64,000 nucleotides of DNA from Acutalibacteraceae bacterium. Its GTDB lineage: Bacteria > Bacillota > Clostridia > Oscillospirales > Acutalibacteraceae. Of the stretch, positions 26,763-36,136 are shown one piece after another (the stretch's first letter is position 1; each line of letters opens with the position of its first letter). The position numbers were made by a program, and so were the translations under genes. Below the pieces are notes generated by a model, which was not told the origin of the DNA, searched no databases, and saw nothing but the letters and a program-made list of their open reading frames with translations. The stretch spans positions 6,615-70,614 of the forward strand of contig JAZRDP010000014.1 of assembly GCA_045660345.1 (NCBI GenBank), written 5' to 3'.

Positions 26763-28121
26763 TTAGTCTAACCTCTCATCTTTAATGCTTTTCATAATAT
26801 CATAGATATTATTTTTAAGTGAAGGGTTGTCCTCCATTTTGCTTTCGCAGGATTCTATAGAATAAATAACAGTTGAGTGCTTTTTACCACCGAACTGACC
26901 ACCTATTTCCTCAAAGGTAAGGTTTGTAACCTCTCTCATAATATACATTGCTGCCTGACGGGCATTTGAAATTTCTGCCTTTTTCTTTTCAGAACGAATA
27001 TCCTCAGGTGAAACTCCAAAACTTCTTGCAACCTTATCAATTATATTATTAATGGTTACTTCAGTTGGCTGAGCGTAATAAATAATGTCTTTTATAATAT
27101 CATTTGCAACGCCGATTGTAGGTGAGCTTCCGTCGATTGAATAAACCGCATAAAGCTTATTAACAACACCCTCAATCTGACGGACATTGTTTTTAAGGCG
27201 TTCCGCAATAAATTCAACAACATCATCAGGTATTGCCATATTGAATGCCTGAGCCTTACGACGAATAATTGCTATTCTTGTTTCAAGCATCGGTGGCTGA
27301 ATGTCAGCAAGAAGACCCTGAACAAAACGACTGCGGAGTCTTTCCTCCAATGTGGGAATGTCTTTAGGGGGACGGTCTGATGTAAGTACAATTTGTTTAC
27401 CCTGATTTATAAGCGCCTCAAAGGTATAGAAAAATTCTTCCTGAGCTACGCTTGTTTTACCGATAAACTGAATATCATCCATAAGGAGAATGTCTGCATT
27501 TCTGTATTTATTATGGAACTCAGACATATTCTTTTCACCCATGTGGTTGATCATTTCGTTAAGGAAGTTTTCACCGCTTGTATATATAATATTCATTGTG
27601 GGCTTTCTTGATTTGAGCTCACTCATAATCGCTTTAAGAAGATGAGTTTTACCAAGACCAGATTCACCGTAAATAAAAAGCGGGTTATGAACGCTACCGG
27701 GATTATTAGTAACCGCTACTGCAGCGACATAAGCAAACTGGTTTGTTGAGCCAACAATGAAGTTATTGAATGTGGGATCTAATTTTGAAGAATCAAGCTC
27801 GTTGTCACTGGAAATATGGTTGTTATCTGAATTCTTTCCACCGTTTTTAAGCGCTTCTGCATTTTTAGCAGCTGCCTCATCAACAGTTACATTTACATTA
27901 ACAGGGAAGCCTATTACACACTCACAAGCATTTTTGATTTCATTCAAAAAGCGATTGTCAATAATATTCTTTTTAAATTCAGATGAAGCCTGTACGATAA
28001 CGCAATCACCATCAAAATCAATGGGTACTAAATCTTTAATCCAGGTTGATAAAACCGCATTTGAAACATTTCCTGCGATTTCCTGAAGAACCGCATTCCA
28101 AAGCTCAATTATATTGTCCAA
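26763..28121 (-). CDS. dnaA: Chromosomal replication initiator protein DnaA
   Basis: 452 aa. AAA+ Walker A GESGLGKTHLL, LLMDDIQF, and a C-terminal DNA-binding domain (ARQAAMYIMRE...GGKKHSTV). Confidence 0.97.
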   Translation of the reverse strand: MDNIIELWNAVLQEIAGNVSNAVLSTWIKDLVPIDFDGDCVIVQASSEFKKNIIDNRFLNEIKNACECVIGFPVNVNVTVDEAAAKNAEALKNGGKNSDNNHISSDNELDSSKLDPTFNNFIVGSTNQFAYVAAVAVTNNPGSVHNPLFIYGESGLGKTHLLKAIMSELKSRKPTMNIIYTSGENFLNEMINHMGEKNMSEFHNKYRNADILLMDDIQFIGKTSVAQEEFFYTFEALINQGKQIVLTSDRPPKDIPTLEERLRSRFVQGLLADIQPPMLETRIAIIRRKAQAFNMAIPDDVVEFIAERLKNNVRQIEGVVNKLYAVYSIDGSSPTIGVANDIIKDIIYYAQPTEVTINNIIDKVARSFGVSPEDIRSEKKKAEISNARQAAMYIMREVTNLTFEEIGGQFGGKKHSTVIYSIESCESKMEDNPSLKNNIYDIMKSIKDERLD

Positions 28122-28374
28122 CTATTTTCACCCCAAAAAATACATATATAATGTATATAATAACTATAATATATTCTAATAAAGTATATCATATAGTAGG
28201 GTATTTTTCAACAAAATTAAGAAAAAAATCGACAATTTAGAAAAGAAATGTTCAAAAAATTCTGAATAAATTAAAATAATGAAAATTTAGACCCTAAAAT
28301 ATTGCATTTATGGAAAATATGCTGTAATATCTAACTTGATATAATATATTAAAAAATCAGAAGAAAGGCGAAAA
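28122..28374. other. AT-rich dnaA upstream region (dnaA promoter and possible second oriC half)
   Basis: 253-nt spacer between divergent genes. It contains TTTTCAACA (28205-28213, 7 of 9 to TTATCCACA) and one TGTTCAAAA (28249-28257). Confidence 0.35.
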
Positions 28375-29280
28375 ATGAAATACACAAATTATAAATGTCC
28401 CGTTTGTAATAATCAGTTTACTGAAGATGATGATGTTGTAGTTTGCCCCGAATGCGGTACTCCTCACCATAGAGAATGTTACATTCAGAATGGTAAATGT
28501 GCCAATGCGGACAAGCACGGAACAAATGAACCAATAGAGGTAGAATTTGTTGATTTAGAAGATAGGGAAGAGCCCGTTATCGAGGAAGAAGCTACCGAAA
28601 AATCACCTGAAGATGCACAGCAGATTGTTCAGGAAATATTTGAAGAAATGAAAGGCGGAAATGGGGATTATATGCTTAACGGCAAGCATGTTTCCTTCTA
28701 TGAAGCTGCAATCGGAAAAAATCAGAAGCACTATATTCCGCGCTTTATGCTTATGGACAAAACTAAAAAAGCAGTGTCATGGAATATTGCAGGATTTTTC
28801 GTTCCGCTTGCTTGGTGTTTATACAGAAAGATGTATAAATTTGCATTGATTATTCTTGCGTTATATATGGTTCTCATTGGTGCTATCAGCTATACAGTTG
28901 CAACAAATGAGGAGCTTATTACTGCAGTTGATGAATGTATGCAGGAGGACCCGAATTTCTACGAAAACATCTTACTTTACCGAACAAGTACTAATGTTTC
29001 TTTAACTGAAAAACAGGTAAAATTTAATGAATTAACTACAAATTTCAAATTACCTGCACCACTTCAGGCTGCTATGTATATCATAGTGTATGGTGTAAGG
29101 ATTTTAATGGGTATTTATGCAACAAATCTGTATTATAAGAAGCTAACTAAAAGTATTGAAAGAGTTGAAAAATTAGACCTTTCACCTGATATGAAAAGAT
29201 CAGTTCTTTTCAGAAAATGCGGAACATTACCTTTCATTATTGTAGCAATAATCGGATTTTTTGAATGGCAAATGTTTTAG
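28375..29280 (+). CDS. Zinc-ribbon/RING-like plus DUF2628-like membrane protein
   Basis: 301 aa. N-terminal CPVC..CPECGTPHHRECY..GKC, followed by a C-terminal region with several TM helices. Confidence 0.6.
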   Translation: MKYTNYKCPVCNNQFTEDDDVVVCPECGTPHHRECYIQNGKCANADKHGTNEPIEVEFVDLEDREEPVIEEEATEKSPEDAQQIVQEIFEEMKGGNGDYMLNGKHVSFYEAAIGKNQKHYIPRFMLMDKTKKAVSWNIAGFFVPLAWCLYRKMYKFALIILALYMVLIGAISYTVATNEELITAVDECMQEDPNFYENILLYRTSTNVSLTEKQVKFNELTTNFKLPAPLQAAMYIIVYGVRILMGIYATNLYYKKLTKSIERVEKLDLSPDMKRSVLFRKCGTLPFIIVAIIGFFEWQMF

Positions 29281-29322
29281 AATTTAATTATAAAATAGCT
29301 GTGCGCAGCACCCGATAATTCT

Positions 29323-29350
29323 GCATTTTGCATTTTGCATTTTGCATTTC
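29323..29350 (+). repeat. Heptanucleotide tandem repeat (GCATTTT)x3 plus GCATTTC
   Basis: Read directly from the sequence. It lies 17 nt upstream of the rarA ATG. Confidence 0.9.
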
Positions 29351-29366
29351 CGAAAGGATTTTAATT

Positions 29367-30641
29367 ATGCATACACCTCTTGCGGACAGAATTCGTCCTC
29401 AAAGTATTGATGAAATAGTCGGTCAACAGCACCTTATAGGTGAAGGAAAGCCTTTAAGAAATATAATTGAATCAGGAGAGCTTCCAAATCTTATATTTTA
29501 TGGTCCGTCTGGAACAGGAAAAACAACTCTTGCCCGAATGATTGCCAAGAAAACTGACCGTACCTTAAGAAAGCTGAACTGTACCACTGCAGGAACTCAG
29601 GACATAAGAGATGTTGTTGAAGACCTTAACGCCTTTACAGCACCTAACGGAATTCTTTTATATCTTGATGAGATACAGTATTTTAACAAAAAACAGCAAC
29701 AGACACTTTTAGAGTATATTGAGGATGGCTCAATAACTCTCATAGCATCTACTACTGAAAACCCATATTTTTATGTATATAGTGCAATTTTAAGCCGTTC
29801 CTCTGTTTTTGAATTTAAGCATGTTTCTCCTAAAGAGGTTGAAAAGGCTGTTATTCGCGGATTTAATCTTTTAGCAGAGGAAAAGGGTGAAAATTTTCAG
29901 GTTGAAGATGGCGTTCCGTTACATATTGCAACAGCCTGCGGCGGAGATGTCAGAAAATCTCTCAATGCAGTTGAGCTTTGCGTTTTAGCATCCCGTAAGC
30001 CTCAGGAAAACGAAAATAGAATAATTACCCTTGAAAATGCAAGAGAGCTTACTCAAAAAAGCGCTATGCGTTATGACAGAGAGGGTGACGAGCATTATGA
30101 TATTCTTTCTGCTTTCCAAAAATCAATGCGAGGCTCTGACCCTGATGCTGCAGTGCATTATCTTTCAAGGCTTTTAGAAGCAGGAGATATGACCTCTGCA
30201 ATCCGTCGACTTTTGGTTTGCGCTGCTGAGGATGTAGGGCTTGCTTACCCTATGATTTTACCCATAGTTAAAGCTGCAACAGATATTGCCCTGCAGGTTG
30301 GTATGCCCGAGGCAAGATTACCTCTTGCAGATGCTGTAATTCTTGTTTGTAACTCTCCAAAATCAAATACTGCCCATGATGCAGTTAATGCGGCAATGGC
30401 AGATATTAAGAATGGTAAAAGCGGGCCAATTCCTCGTCAGCTTCAGAATAAGCATTTTGATGGTGAGGATGCCGAGATTAAAGGTCAGTTTTATAAATAT
30501 CCTCACGACTATCCTAATCGTTGGGTTGAACAACAATATTTGCCTGATGCTCTTAAAAACGCTAAATATTATGAATTTGGCGATAATAAGCAGGAGCAGG
30601 CGGCAAAGGAATATTGGAAAAAAATAAAGGGGGATTTTTAA
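29367..30641 (+). CDS. rarA: Replication-associated recombination protein A (MgsA/RarA AAA+ ATPase)
   Basis: ORF 29328.. trimmed to ATG 29367 (MHTPLADRIRPQSIDEIVGQ). Walker A GPSGTGKTT and the C-terminal MgsA_C pattern HYDILSAFQKSMRGSDPDAAVHYL. Confidence 0.9.
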   Translation: MHTPLADRIRPQSIDEIVGQQHLIGEGKPLRNIIESGELPNLIFYGPSGTGKTTLARMIAKKTDRTLRKLNCTTAGTQDIRDVVEDLNAFTAPNGILLYLDEIQYFNKKQQQTLLEYIEDGSITLIASTTENPYFYVYSAILSRSSVFEFKHVSPKEVEKAVIRGFNLLAEEKGENFQVEDGVPLHIATACGGDVRKSLNAVELCVLASRKPQENENRIITLENARELTQKSAMRYDREGDEHYDILSAFQKSMRGSDPDAAVHYLSRLLEAGDMTSAIRRLLVCAAEDVGLAYPMILPIVKAATDIALQVGMPEARLPLADAVILVCNSPKSNTAHDAVNAAMADIKNGKSGPIPRQLQNKHFDGEDAEIKGQFYKYPHDYPNRWVEQQYLPDALKNAKYYEFGDNKQEQAAKEYWKKIKGDF

Positions 30642-31081
30642 TGAAGAGAAAGGTCTTTATTTCAGTAATTATTCTTACAGTTTTAATGTCCTTTTTAACG
30701 CTTGGCGTATTTGCAGGAGAGGACAATGCAAGCTCGCAAATGCCATTTGTTGAATCAGAGCAGATTACACCCGAATATCCTGATGTTCAGACAGAAGGAG
30801 ATTTGATGGAGGAGTTTGAAGCAATGTTTGGCGAGGGCTCAGACAAAATATTAAGTATTGCAATGGTGGGTGTATTTGTTATGCCATTATTCATACCTGC
30901 ACTTATAGTTGCAATTGTTTTTGCTGTGCTTAATGGTAAAACAAAGAAAAAAATCAAGGAATATGAAAGATTTTTCGGTCCTGTTCCTCAGAATGCTCCT
31001 AATACATATAATCCCGGTTACTACAATGGGAATTATGCACCTCAGGGAGATGCAAATAATCAGCAAGGAGGTAGCTTCTGA
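30641..31081 (+). CDS. Small bitopic membrane protein with an N/P/Y/G-rich tail
   Basis: ATG 30641 overlaps the rarA TAA (TAATG). Signal/anchor helix, acidic ~50-aa segment, second TM helix, KTKKKIKEYERFFG, and a low-complexity tail. Confidence 0.6.
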   Translation: MKRKVFISVIILTVLMSFLTLGVFAGEDNASSQMPFVESEQITPEYPDVQTEGDLMEEFEAMFGEGSDKILSIAMVGVFVMPLFIPALIVAIVFAVLNGKTKKKIKEYERFFGPVPQNAPNTYNPGYYNGNYAPQGDANNQQGGSF

Positions 31082-32151
31082 TGAAAAACATTAAAAAGCT
31101 TTCTCTTTTACTTGCGATATCCTTAATCATTACAGTTGTCTTTTCAATAACCGCTTTTGCAAATGATAATTCTAAGGAAATTGATGCAAATAATAAAATT
31201 TTTGCTTTTATTCCTGCAGATTATGAATTAAGCGTTTATGGCGACGATTTAGCTTATAGCCACGAAAACGGAAATTATATTGAATTTTGCGTTGATGAAA
31301 ATAAATTTGCTACCGAAGGTATAACCGCTTTGAATAAAGGTCAGGTTGAAAAGGTTTTTGAGCATTATTATTTAAACGAAGGCGATCTTGAAAGCATCAA
31401 TGATTATACAGTTGCTTATGATAAGGTTGAAAAAATTATTGCTAACGGATATAATTGCTATTATCTTACAGGCAGATACGCCTTCAGCGAGGAAGAGATT
31501 GATACAGATTTTGCATATTATTTCCATAGCGTAGTATTAGCAACAAAGGAAGAAATTTTCATAGTTGCTTTTGAAAGCTATGAAGCAATATCAAAGCTTT
31601 CTGCTACTGATTTACCCACAGTTCTTTCAGGAATAGTATTTAACGGCACTCATTTTGAAAATGACAAGCCTGAAAATAATGCAGACCATGATTTTTCCTC
31701 TTCTCCTGCTTATAGTGATGTAGTTACAGCATCACAAGGCGCTTTATTCGGGGATATGTTTGAAGACGAATCAATGGTTGCAATAGTTTCCGCTGTTATA
31801 CTTTTATTTACAGTTGTTCCTACAGTGGTTGTAGTAATTATTGCGATTGCTTCAATTGTTAAATATTCAAAAAATAAAAAGAAATTAGCAAAATATGAGG
31901 CAACCTATGGTAGCTCTCAAGGCTACAATCCCATGCAGCAGAATTATGGTGGTTATGGCTATAATCCTCCGGTTAATCAGCCCTATCAACCGCCCGTAAA
32001 TCCCCAATATCAGCCTTATTCTTCAAATCAGAATCCTCCTCAGACACCTTCTTATCTGACAAATGCGTTAAATAATTTAGAGTCAAAGGAAGAAAATCAG
32101 CCCGCTTCTCCAATTGAAGAGCAGGCAGATTCACAGAATAATGAAAATTAA
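31081..32151 (+). CDS. Membrane protein with an ectodomain, one C-proximal TM helix and a P/Q/Y/N-rich tail
   Basis: 356 aa. The ATG overlaps the upstream TGA by 1 nt. GGAGG SD. Signal peptide, ~230-aa ectodomain, TM helix, KNKKKLAKYEATYG, then repeats such as NPPVNQPYQPPVNPQYQPY. Confidence 0.65.
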   Translation: MKNIKKLSLLLAISLIITVVFSITAFANDNSKEIDANNKIFAFIPADYELSVYGDDLAYSHENGNYIEFCVDENKFATEGITALNKGQVEKVFEHYYLNEGDLESINDYTVAYDKVEKIIANGYNCYYLTGRYAFSEEEIDTDFAYYFHSVVLATKEEIFIVAFESYEAISKLSATDLPTVLSGIVFNGTHFENDKPENNADHDFSSSPAYSDVVTASQGALFGDMFEDESMVAIVSAVILLFTVVPTVVVVIIAIASIVKYSKNKKKLAKYEATYGSSQGYNPMQQNYGGYGYNPPVNQPYQPPVNPQYQPYSSNQNPPQTPSYLTNALNNLESKEENQPASPIEEQADSQNNEN

Positions 32152-32179
32152 ATCAAAATAAATTTTTGAGGTGTTCAAA

Positions 32180-33025
32180 ATGAAAAAATTTCCTATTGGT
32201 ATCATCATTAATAGCTTCAGAACTGACATTCCCACATCTGTAAGAAAAGCGGCAGAATGTGGCGCTCAGGGTATTCAGGTTTATTCAACTCATGGTGAAA
32301 TGGCTCCTGAAAACCTTTCTCCCGAAAAGAGAAGAGAGTTTTTGAATCTCGTTAAAGATAACGGACTTATTATTTCTGCTCTTTGCGGTGACCTCGGTGG
32401 CGGTGGATTTATCCACAAGGACCTTAACGAAGCAAGAGTTGAAAAATCAAAAAGAATTCTTGACCTTGCAAAAGACCTTGAAACAGATATAGTAACAACT
32501 CATATCGGTGTTGTTCCCTCTGATCCCAATCACGACAGATATAAAATTATGCAGGAGGCTTGCCACGAGCTTGCAGAGTATGCAGATTCAATTGATGCTC
32601 ATTTCGCAGTTGAAACAGGTCCTGAAACAAGCGCAGTTCTCAAGGGCTTCCTCGATAGCCTTGATTCAACAGGCGTTGGCGTAAACCTTGACCCTGCAAA
32701 CCTTGTGATGGTTACAGGTGATGACCCTGTGGGTGCAGTACATAATCTTAAAAAATACATTGTTCATACTCATGCAAAGGACGGTAAGCAGATTTTCTTC
32801 CGTGACCCTGAAATTGTTTACGGTATTAAAAAGGATGTTATTGTTACTGACGATTCTTTTATTGAGGTTCCTCTTGGTGAGGGTAGCGTTGATTTCCCCA
32901 AATATCTTGCAGCCCTTGAAGAAATCGGTTATAACGGCTTCCTTACAATTGAGCGTGAGGTTGGCGACAAGCCCGAGGTTGACATCAAAGCAGCAGTTGA
33001 TTTCTTAAATAACCTTATGAAATAA
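32180..33025 (+). CDS. Sugar phosphate isomerase/epimerase (xylose-isomerase-like TIM barrel)
   Basis: ORF 32171.. trimmed to ATG 32180 (GAGG SD 8 nt upstream). AP_endonuc_2-like pattern with HTHAKDG and TIERE. Confidence 0.75.
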   Translation: MKKFPIGIIINSFRTDIPTSVRKAAECGAQGIQVYSTHGEMAPENLSPEKRREFLNLVKDNGLIISALCGDLGGGGFIHKDLNEARVEKSKRILDLAKDLETDIVTTHIGVVPSDPNHDRYKIMQEACHELAEYADSIDAHFAVETGPETSAVLKGFLDSLDSTGVGVNLDPANLVMVTGDDPVGAVHNLKKYIVHTHAKDGKQIFFRDPEIVYGIKKDVIVTDDSFIEVPLGEGSVDFPKYLAALEEIGYNGFLTIEREVGDKPEVDIKAAVDFLNNLMK

Positions 33026-33032
33026 AATTAAA

Positions 33033-33071
33033 GACTCCGTACACTCAAGGGTGTATGGAGTCAAATTTTTT
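33033..33071. terminator. Bidirectional terminator
   Basis: GACTCCGTACAC / GTGTATGGAGTC (12 bp including one G-U), followed by AAATTTTTT. It lies between convergent genes. Confidence 0.75.
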
Positions 33072-33978
33072 ACTTATCGTGTTGTGAGGTGAAAACGTCT
33101 GCAACCTCGCTGATAGTTATGAAAGCATTGGGGTCTGTTTCGTGAACAATCTCTTTAAGTCTTGCAACCTGAAATCTGTTGACAATGAAATAAACCATTG
33201 TTTTAGGTTGGTTGGAATAGCCACCTATAACCTCGATTTTTGTTGTACCAGTTTCAAAAACTTCACCTAAAATAAAGCAAATATCGTCGGGCTCGGTAGT
33301 AACAATCATAGCGCATTTTGCACGGTCAAGACCCTCAACTATAAAGTCAACAGTTTTAAGAGCTGCGCCATAGGCTACTATGGAATAAAGGGGTAAAATC
33401 CAGCTATCAATTATAATACCGCAGATAATATAAAGAACAATGTTATAAATCATAACAAATGTGCCGACTGTTATTCCAAGCTTTTTTGCAAAAACAACGG
33501 CCATAACCTCAATGCCGTCCATAGCACCGCCATAACGAATTGCAATACCGCTTCCGATACCGGAAATTATACCGCCGAATATGGCGCAAAGAAGCAAATC
33601 AGTTCCTGCAAGAGGAGAGGCAAGGTTTACATCTATTGGTAAAACATCAGTTATCAGCCACGCGGTAAGAGAGTAAATACCAACGGTATAAATAGCATAT
33701 ATGGTGAAATGAACGCCTTGTTTTTTAAGTCCGTAAAGGAAAAGAGGTATATTTAAAAGTAAAAGAAAAATTGAAAGTGTCAGGAATTCGGGTGTAATTT
33801 GAGAAAGGAGCATTGATGTGCCTGAGATACCGCTGTCATAAAGCTTGACGGGATTCAGAAATACAGTTACACCGAATGCATTTATAATTCCTGCAACAGT
33901 TAGCAGAATAACATTTTTAACCCTGAACTTTTTTACATTTTCAAGTATTTTTTGTTTTCTGGCTTCGTTCATATTCAT
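33070..33978 (-). CDS. YitT family membrane protein (DUF2179 C-terminal domain)
   Basis: 302 aa. Five or six TM helices, then a soluble C-terminal domain (AMIVTTEPDDI...VYFIVNRFQVARLKEIV). Confidence 0.8.
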   Translation of the reverse strand: MNMNEARKQKILENVKKFRVKNVILLTVAGIINAFGVTVFLNPVKLYDSGISGTSMLLSQITPEFLTLSIFLLLLNIPLFLYGLKKQGVHFTIYAIYTVGIYSLTAWLITDVLPIDVNLASPLAGTDLLLCAIFGGIISGIGSGIAIRYGGAMDGIEVMAVVFAKKLGITVGTFVMIYNIVLYIICGIIIDSWILPLYSIVAYGAALKTVDFIVEGLDRAKCAMIVTTEPDDICFILGEVFETGTTKIEVIGGYSNQPKTMVYFIVNRFQVARLKEIVHETDPNAFITISEVADVFTSQHDK

Positions 33979-34035
33979 CTCCTACATGAAAATCATTTTC
34001 AACTATTATATCATATATGCAGAAATATGGCAAAT

Positions 34036-34075
34036 ACAACAAAAAGCTCCACCTCAATTAAGAGATGGAGCTTTT
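34036..34075 (-). terminator. Rho-independent terminator after the NhaC-family gene
   Basis: AGCTCCACCTC / GAGATGGAGCT hairpin (34045-34072), followed on the minus strand by TTTTTGTTG. Confidence 0.75.
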
Positions 34076-34089
34076 AAGTTGAAAATGAT

Positions 34090-35880
34090 TTATTTTGCTT
34101 TCTTTGTAATTGCTTTGATAACAAAGAGTGTAGCAAACATAAGAACAAATGCGATGGGAAGAACTATCATCCAGTTGGGAACGAAGCCTGCAATAATGTA
34201 GCTTACTGCGGAAACACCTGCAACTGTAAGTGCATAGGGAAGCTGTGTGGAAACGTGGTTAATATGGTCACACTGTGCACCTGCTGATGCCATAATAGTT
34301 GTATCGGAAATGGGGGAGCAGTGGTCGCCGCAAACCGCACCTGCCATACAAGCAGAAATAGCAACGATAGTGATAGGCTCGCCTGCACCGAATACGGAGA
34401 GAACGATGGGAATAAGAATACCGAATGTACCCCATGATGTACCTGTTGCAAAGGAAAGACCAACTGCAATTACGAAGATAATTGCGGGAAGAAGAGCCTG
34501 GAAGCCTGCTGCACTGCCTTCGATAAGCTGAGAAATGAAAATCTTAGCACCGAGAGAGTCTGTCATAGCTTTAAGAGTCCAAGCGCAAGCAAGAATCATA
34601 ATAGCAGGAACCATCGCCTTGAAGCCTTCGGGAAGAGATTCCATAAGACTCTTGAAAGAAAGAACTCTTCTGCAAAGGTAGAAAATAACTGTAATGATTA
34701 TTGCAACAAATGCACCGTATGCAAGACCAACGGAAGCGTCAGAGTTGGAGAAAGAATCAACAAAGCTTTCACCGCTGAAGAAGCCACCGGAGTAAATCAT
34801 ACCGATAACACAGCTTACAATAAGGACAATAATAGGAATAATAAGGTCACAAACTCTGCCCTTGGGGTTAACTTCCATTTCTGCAATAGCCTGTTTTGTA
34901 CCGCTTGTGAAGAGGTCGCCTGTTTCCTTTGCATTCTTTTCATGCTTTTTCATAGGACCGTAATCAAGACCTGTAAGAGCAAGGAAAATCATCATTGCAA
35001 TTGTAAGAAGAGCATAGAAGTTGTAGGGAATAGCCTGAATGAAAAGTGCAATACCGTTTTCTGCTCCTGCACTGTTTGCAAAACCTGCAACTGCTGCTGC
35101 CCAAGAAGAAATGGGAGCGATAATACAAACGGGAGCTGCAGTAGCATCAATGAGGTAGGAGAGCTTTGCACGGGAAATCTTGTGACCGTCTGTAACGGGG
35201 CGCATAACTGAACCAACTGTGAGGCAGTTAAAATAGTCATCGATGAAAATAAGAACACCGAGAGCGATTGTTGCAAGCTGAGCGCCAACTCTTGATTTGA
35301 TGTGAGCGGTTGCCCATCTGCCGAATGCAGCAGAACCGCCTGCCTTGTTCATCATAGAAACAAGAGCACCGAGAAGAACAAGGAAAATGATAATACCCAT
35401 ATTGTAAGAGTCTGAAAGGTTTGCAATAAAGCCGTCGCTTACAACATGAACAAGTGTACCCTCGAAATTACCGCCTGCATAAATAGCACCGCCAACGATA
35501 ATACCGATAACAAGTGAGGAATAAACCTCTTTTGTTATAAGAGCAAGAACGATAGCGATAATGGGAGCAAGCAATGCCCAGAAGGTTGCATACTGGGGAA
35601 TTGACTCACGAACCTTTTCAATAGCTGTGCTTACATTTGCTTCGAAATTGGGGTCTGCTTCAAGGTTATCAGCATAACCACCAACATATTCGAGAGCGGA
35701 GTCGCCGTCAGCAAGGTCATATTCTGTTTCGCCAACAGTAACAACTGTAGATTCTGTTGCACCGATTGTTAAAACCGCTGCATCTTCATCTGCTGTTGCG
35801 GAGCAGATTGTGCCGAGAGTGAACATAAAAATGCACATAATAAGCACCGCAAAAAATCTGCGTTTTCTTTGGTTTTTCAT
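34090..35880 (-). CDS. NhaC-family antiporter-type transporter (candidate lysine carrier)
   Basis: ORF 34090..35937 trimmed to ATG 35880 (MKNQRKRRFF) because codons 1-19 lie inside the riboswitch terminator. The NhaC-like polytopic core follows an N-terminal anchor and a ~90-aa extra segment. Confidence 0.8.
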   Translation of the reverse strand: MKNQRKRRFFAVLIMCIFMFTLGTICSATADEDAAVLTIGATESTVVTVGETEYDLADGDSALEYVGGYADNLEADPNFEANVSTAIEKVRESIPQYATFWALLAPIIAIVLALITKEVYSSLVIGIIVGGAIYAGGNFEGTLVHVVSDGFIANLSDSYNMGIIIFLVLLGALVSMMNKAGGSAAFGRWATAHIKSRVGAQLATIALGVLIFIDDYFNCLTVGSVMRPVTDGHKISRAKLSYLIDATAAPVCIIAPISSWAAAVAGFANSAGAENGIALFIQAIPYNFYALLTIAMMIFLALTGLDYGPMKKHEKNAKETGDLFTSGTKQAIAEMEVNPKGRVCDLIIPIIVLIVSCVIGMIYSGGFFSGESFVDSFSNSDASVGLAYGAFVAIIITVIFYLCRRVLSFKSLMESLPEGFKAMVPAIMILACAWTLKAMTDSLGAKIFISQLIEGSAAGFQALLPAIIFVIAVGLSFATGTSWGTFGILIPIVLSVFGAGEPITIVAISACMAGAVCGDHCSPISDTTIMASAGAQCDHINHVSTQLPYALTVAGVSAVSYIIAGFVPNWMIVLPIAFVLMFATLFVIKAITKKAK

Positions 35881-35902
35881 ACTTTCCATTCCTTTCATCC
35901 TG

Positions 35903-36110
35903 AAATGAAAAATCATGGCTGTGTGAAAAACAGTCATGATAATAAATCAACGATAGCTCTCCACAAAAGTGACAGTCACTTTGCTATTAACAAAGAAACC
36001 AACAAAACGAATCCGGATATAGCGTTTTGTTTCGGCAATTTCCCCTTTCGGCTTCTTCCTTGTCCCGCGACTCCAAAGCCTAATCTTGTCAATTGCGCCT
36101 CTACCAAAAA
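35903..36110 (-). promoter_or_regulatory. Lysine riboswitch (L-box) with terminator expression platform
   Basis: The minus strand reads GGTAGAGGCGCAATTGACAAGATTAGGCTTTGGAG...GAAGCCGAAAGGGGAAATTGCCGAAACAAAACG...CGTTTTGTTGG...GACTGTCA. This is collinear with the B. subtilis lysC leader blocks AGAGGTGC / GCCTTTGGAG / GGCTGAAAGGGGA / CGCCGAAG / CTGTCA. The terminator is ATCATGACTGT/ACAGCCATGAT plus TTTTTCATTT (35903-35940). Confidence 0.85.
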
Positions 36111-36136
36111 TATTCAATTCAGGTTTATACAATTGT

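Noticed and set aside
34045-34072. The terminator hairpin CTCCACCTC...GAGATGGAG is nearly identical to the hairpin at 58737-58762.
   Set aside because: The shared part is only about 9 bp per arm, and both function as ordinary terminators. This is insufficient to call a repeat family.
35881-35937. N-terminal 19 codons of the ORF-track call for the NhaC-family gene.
   Set aside because: These codons coincide with the riboswitch terminator hairpin and its T-tract. The downstream ATG at 35880 has a better-spaced AAGGA SD.
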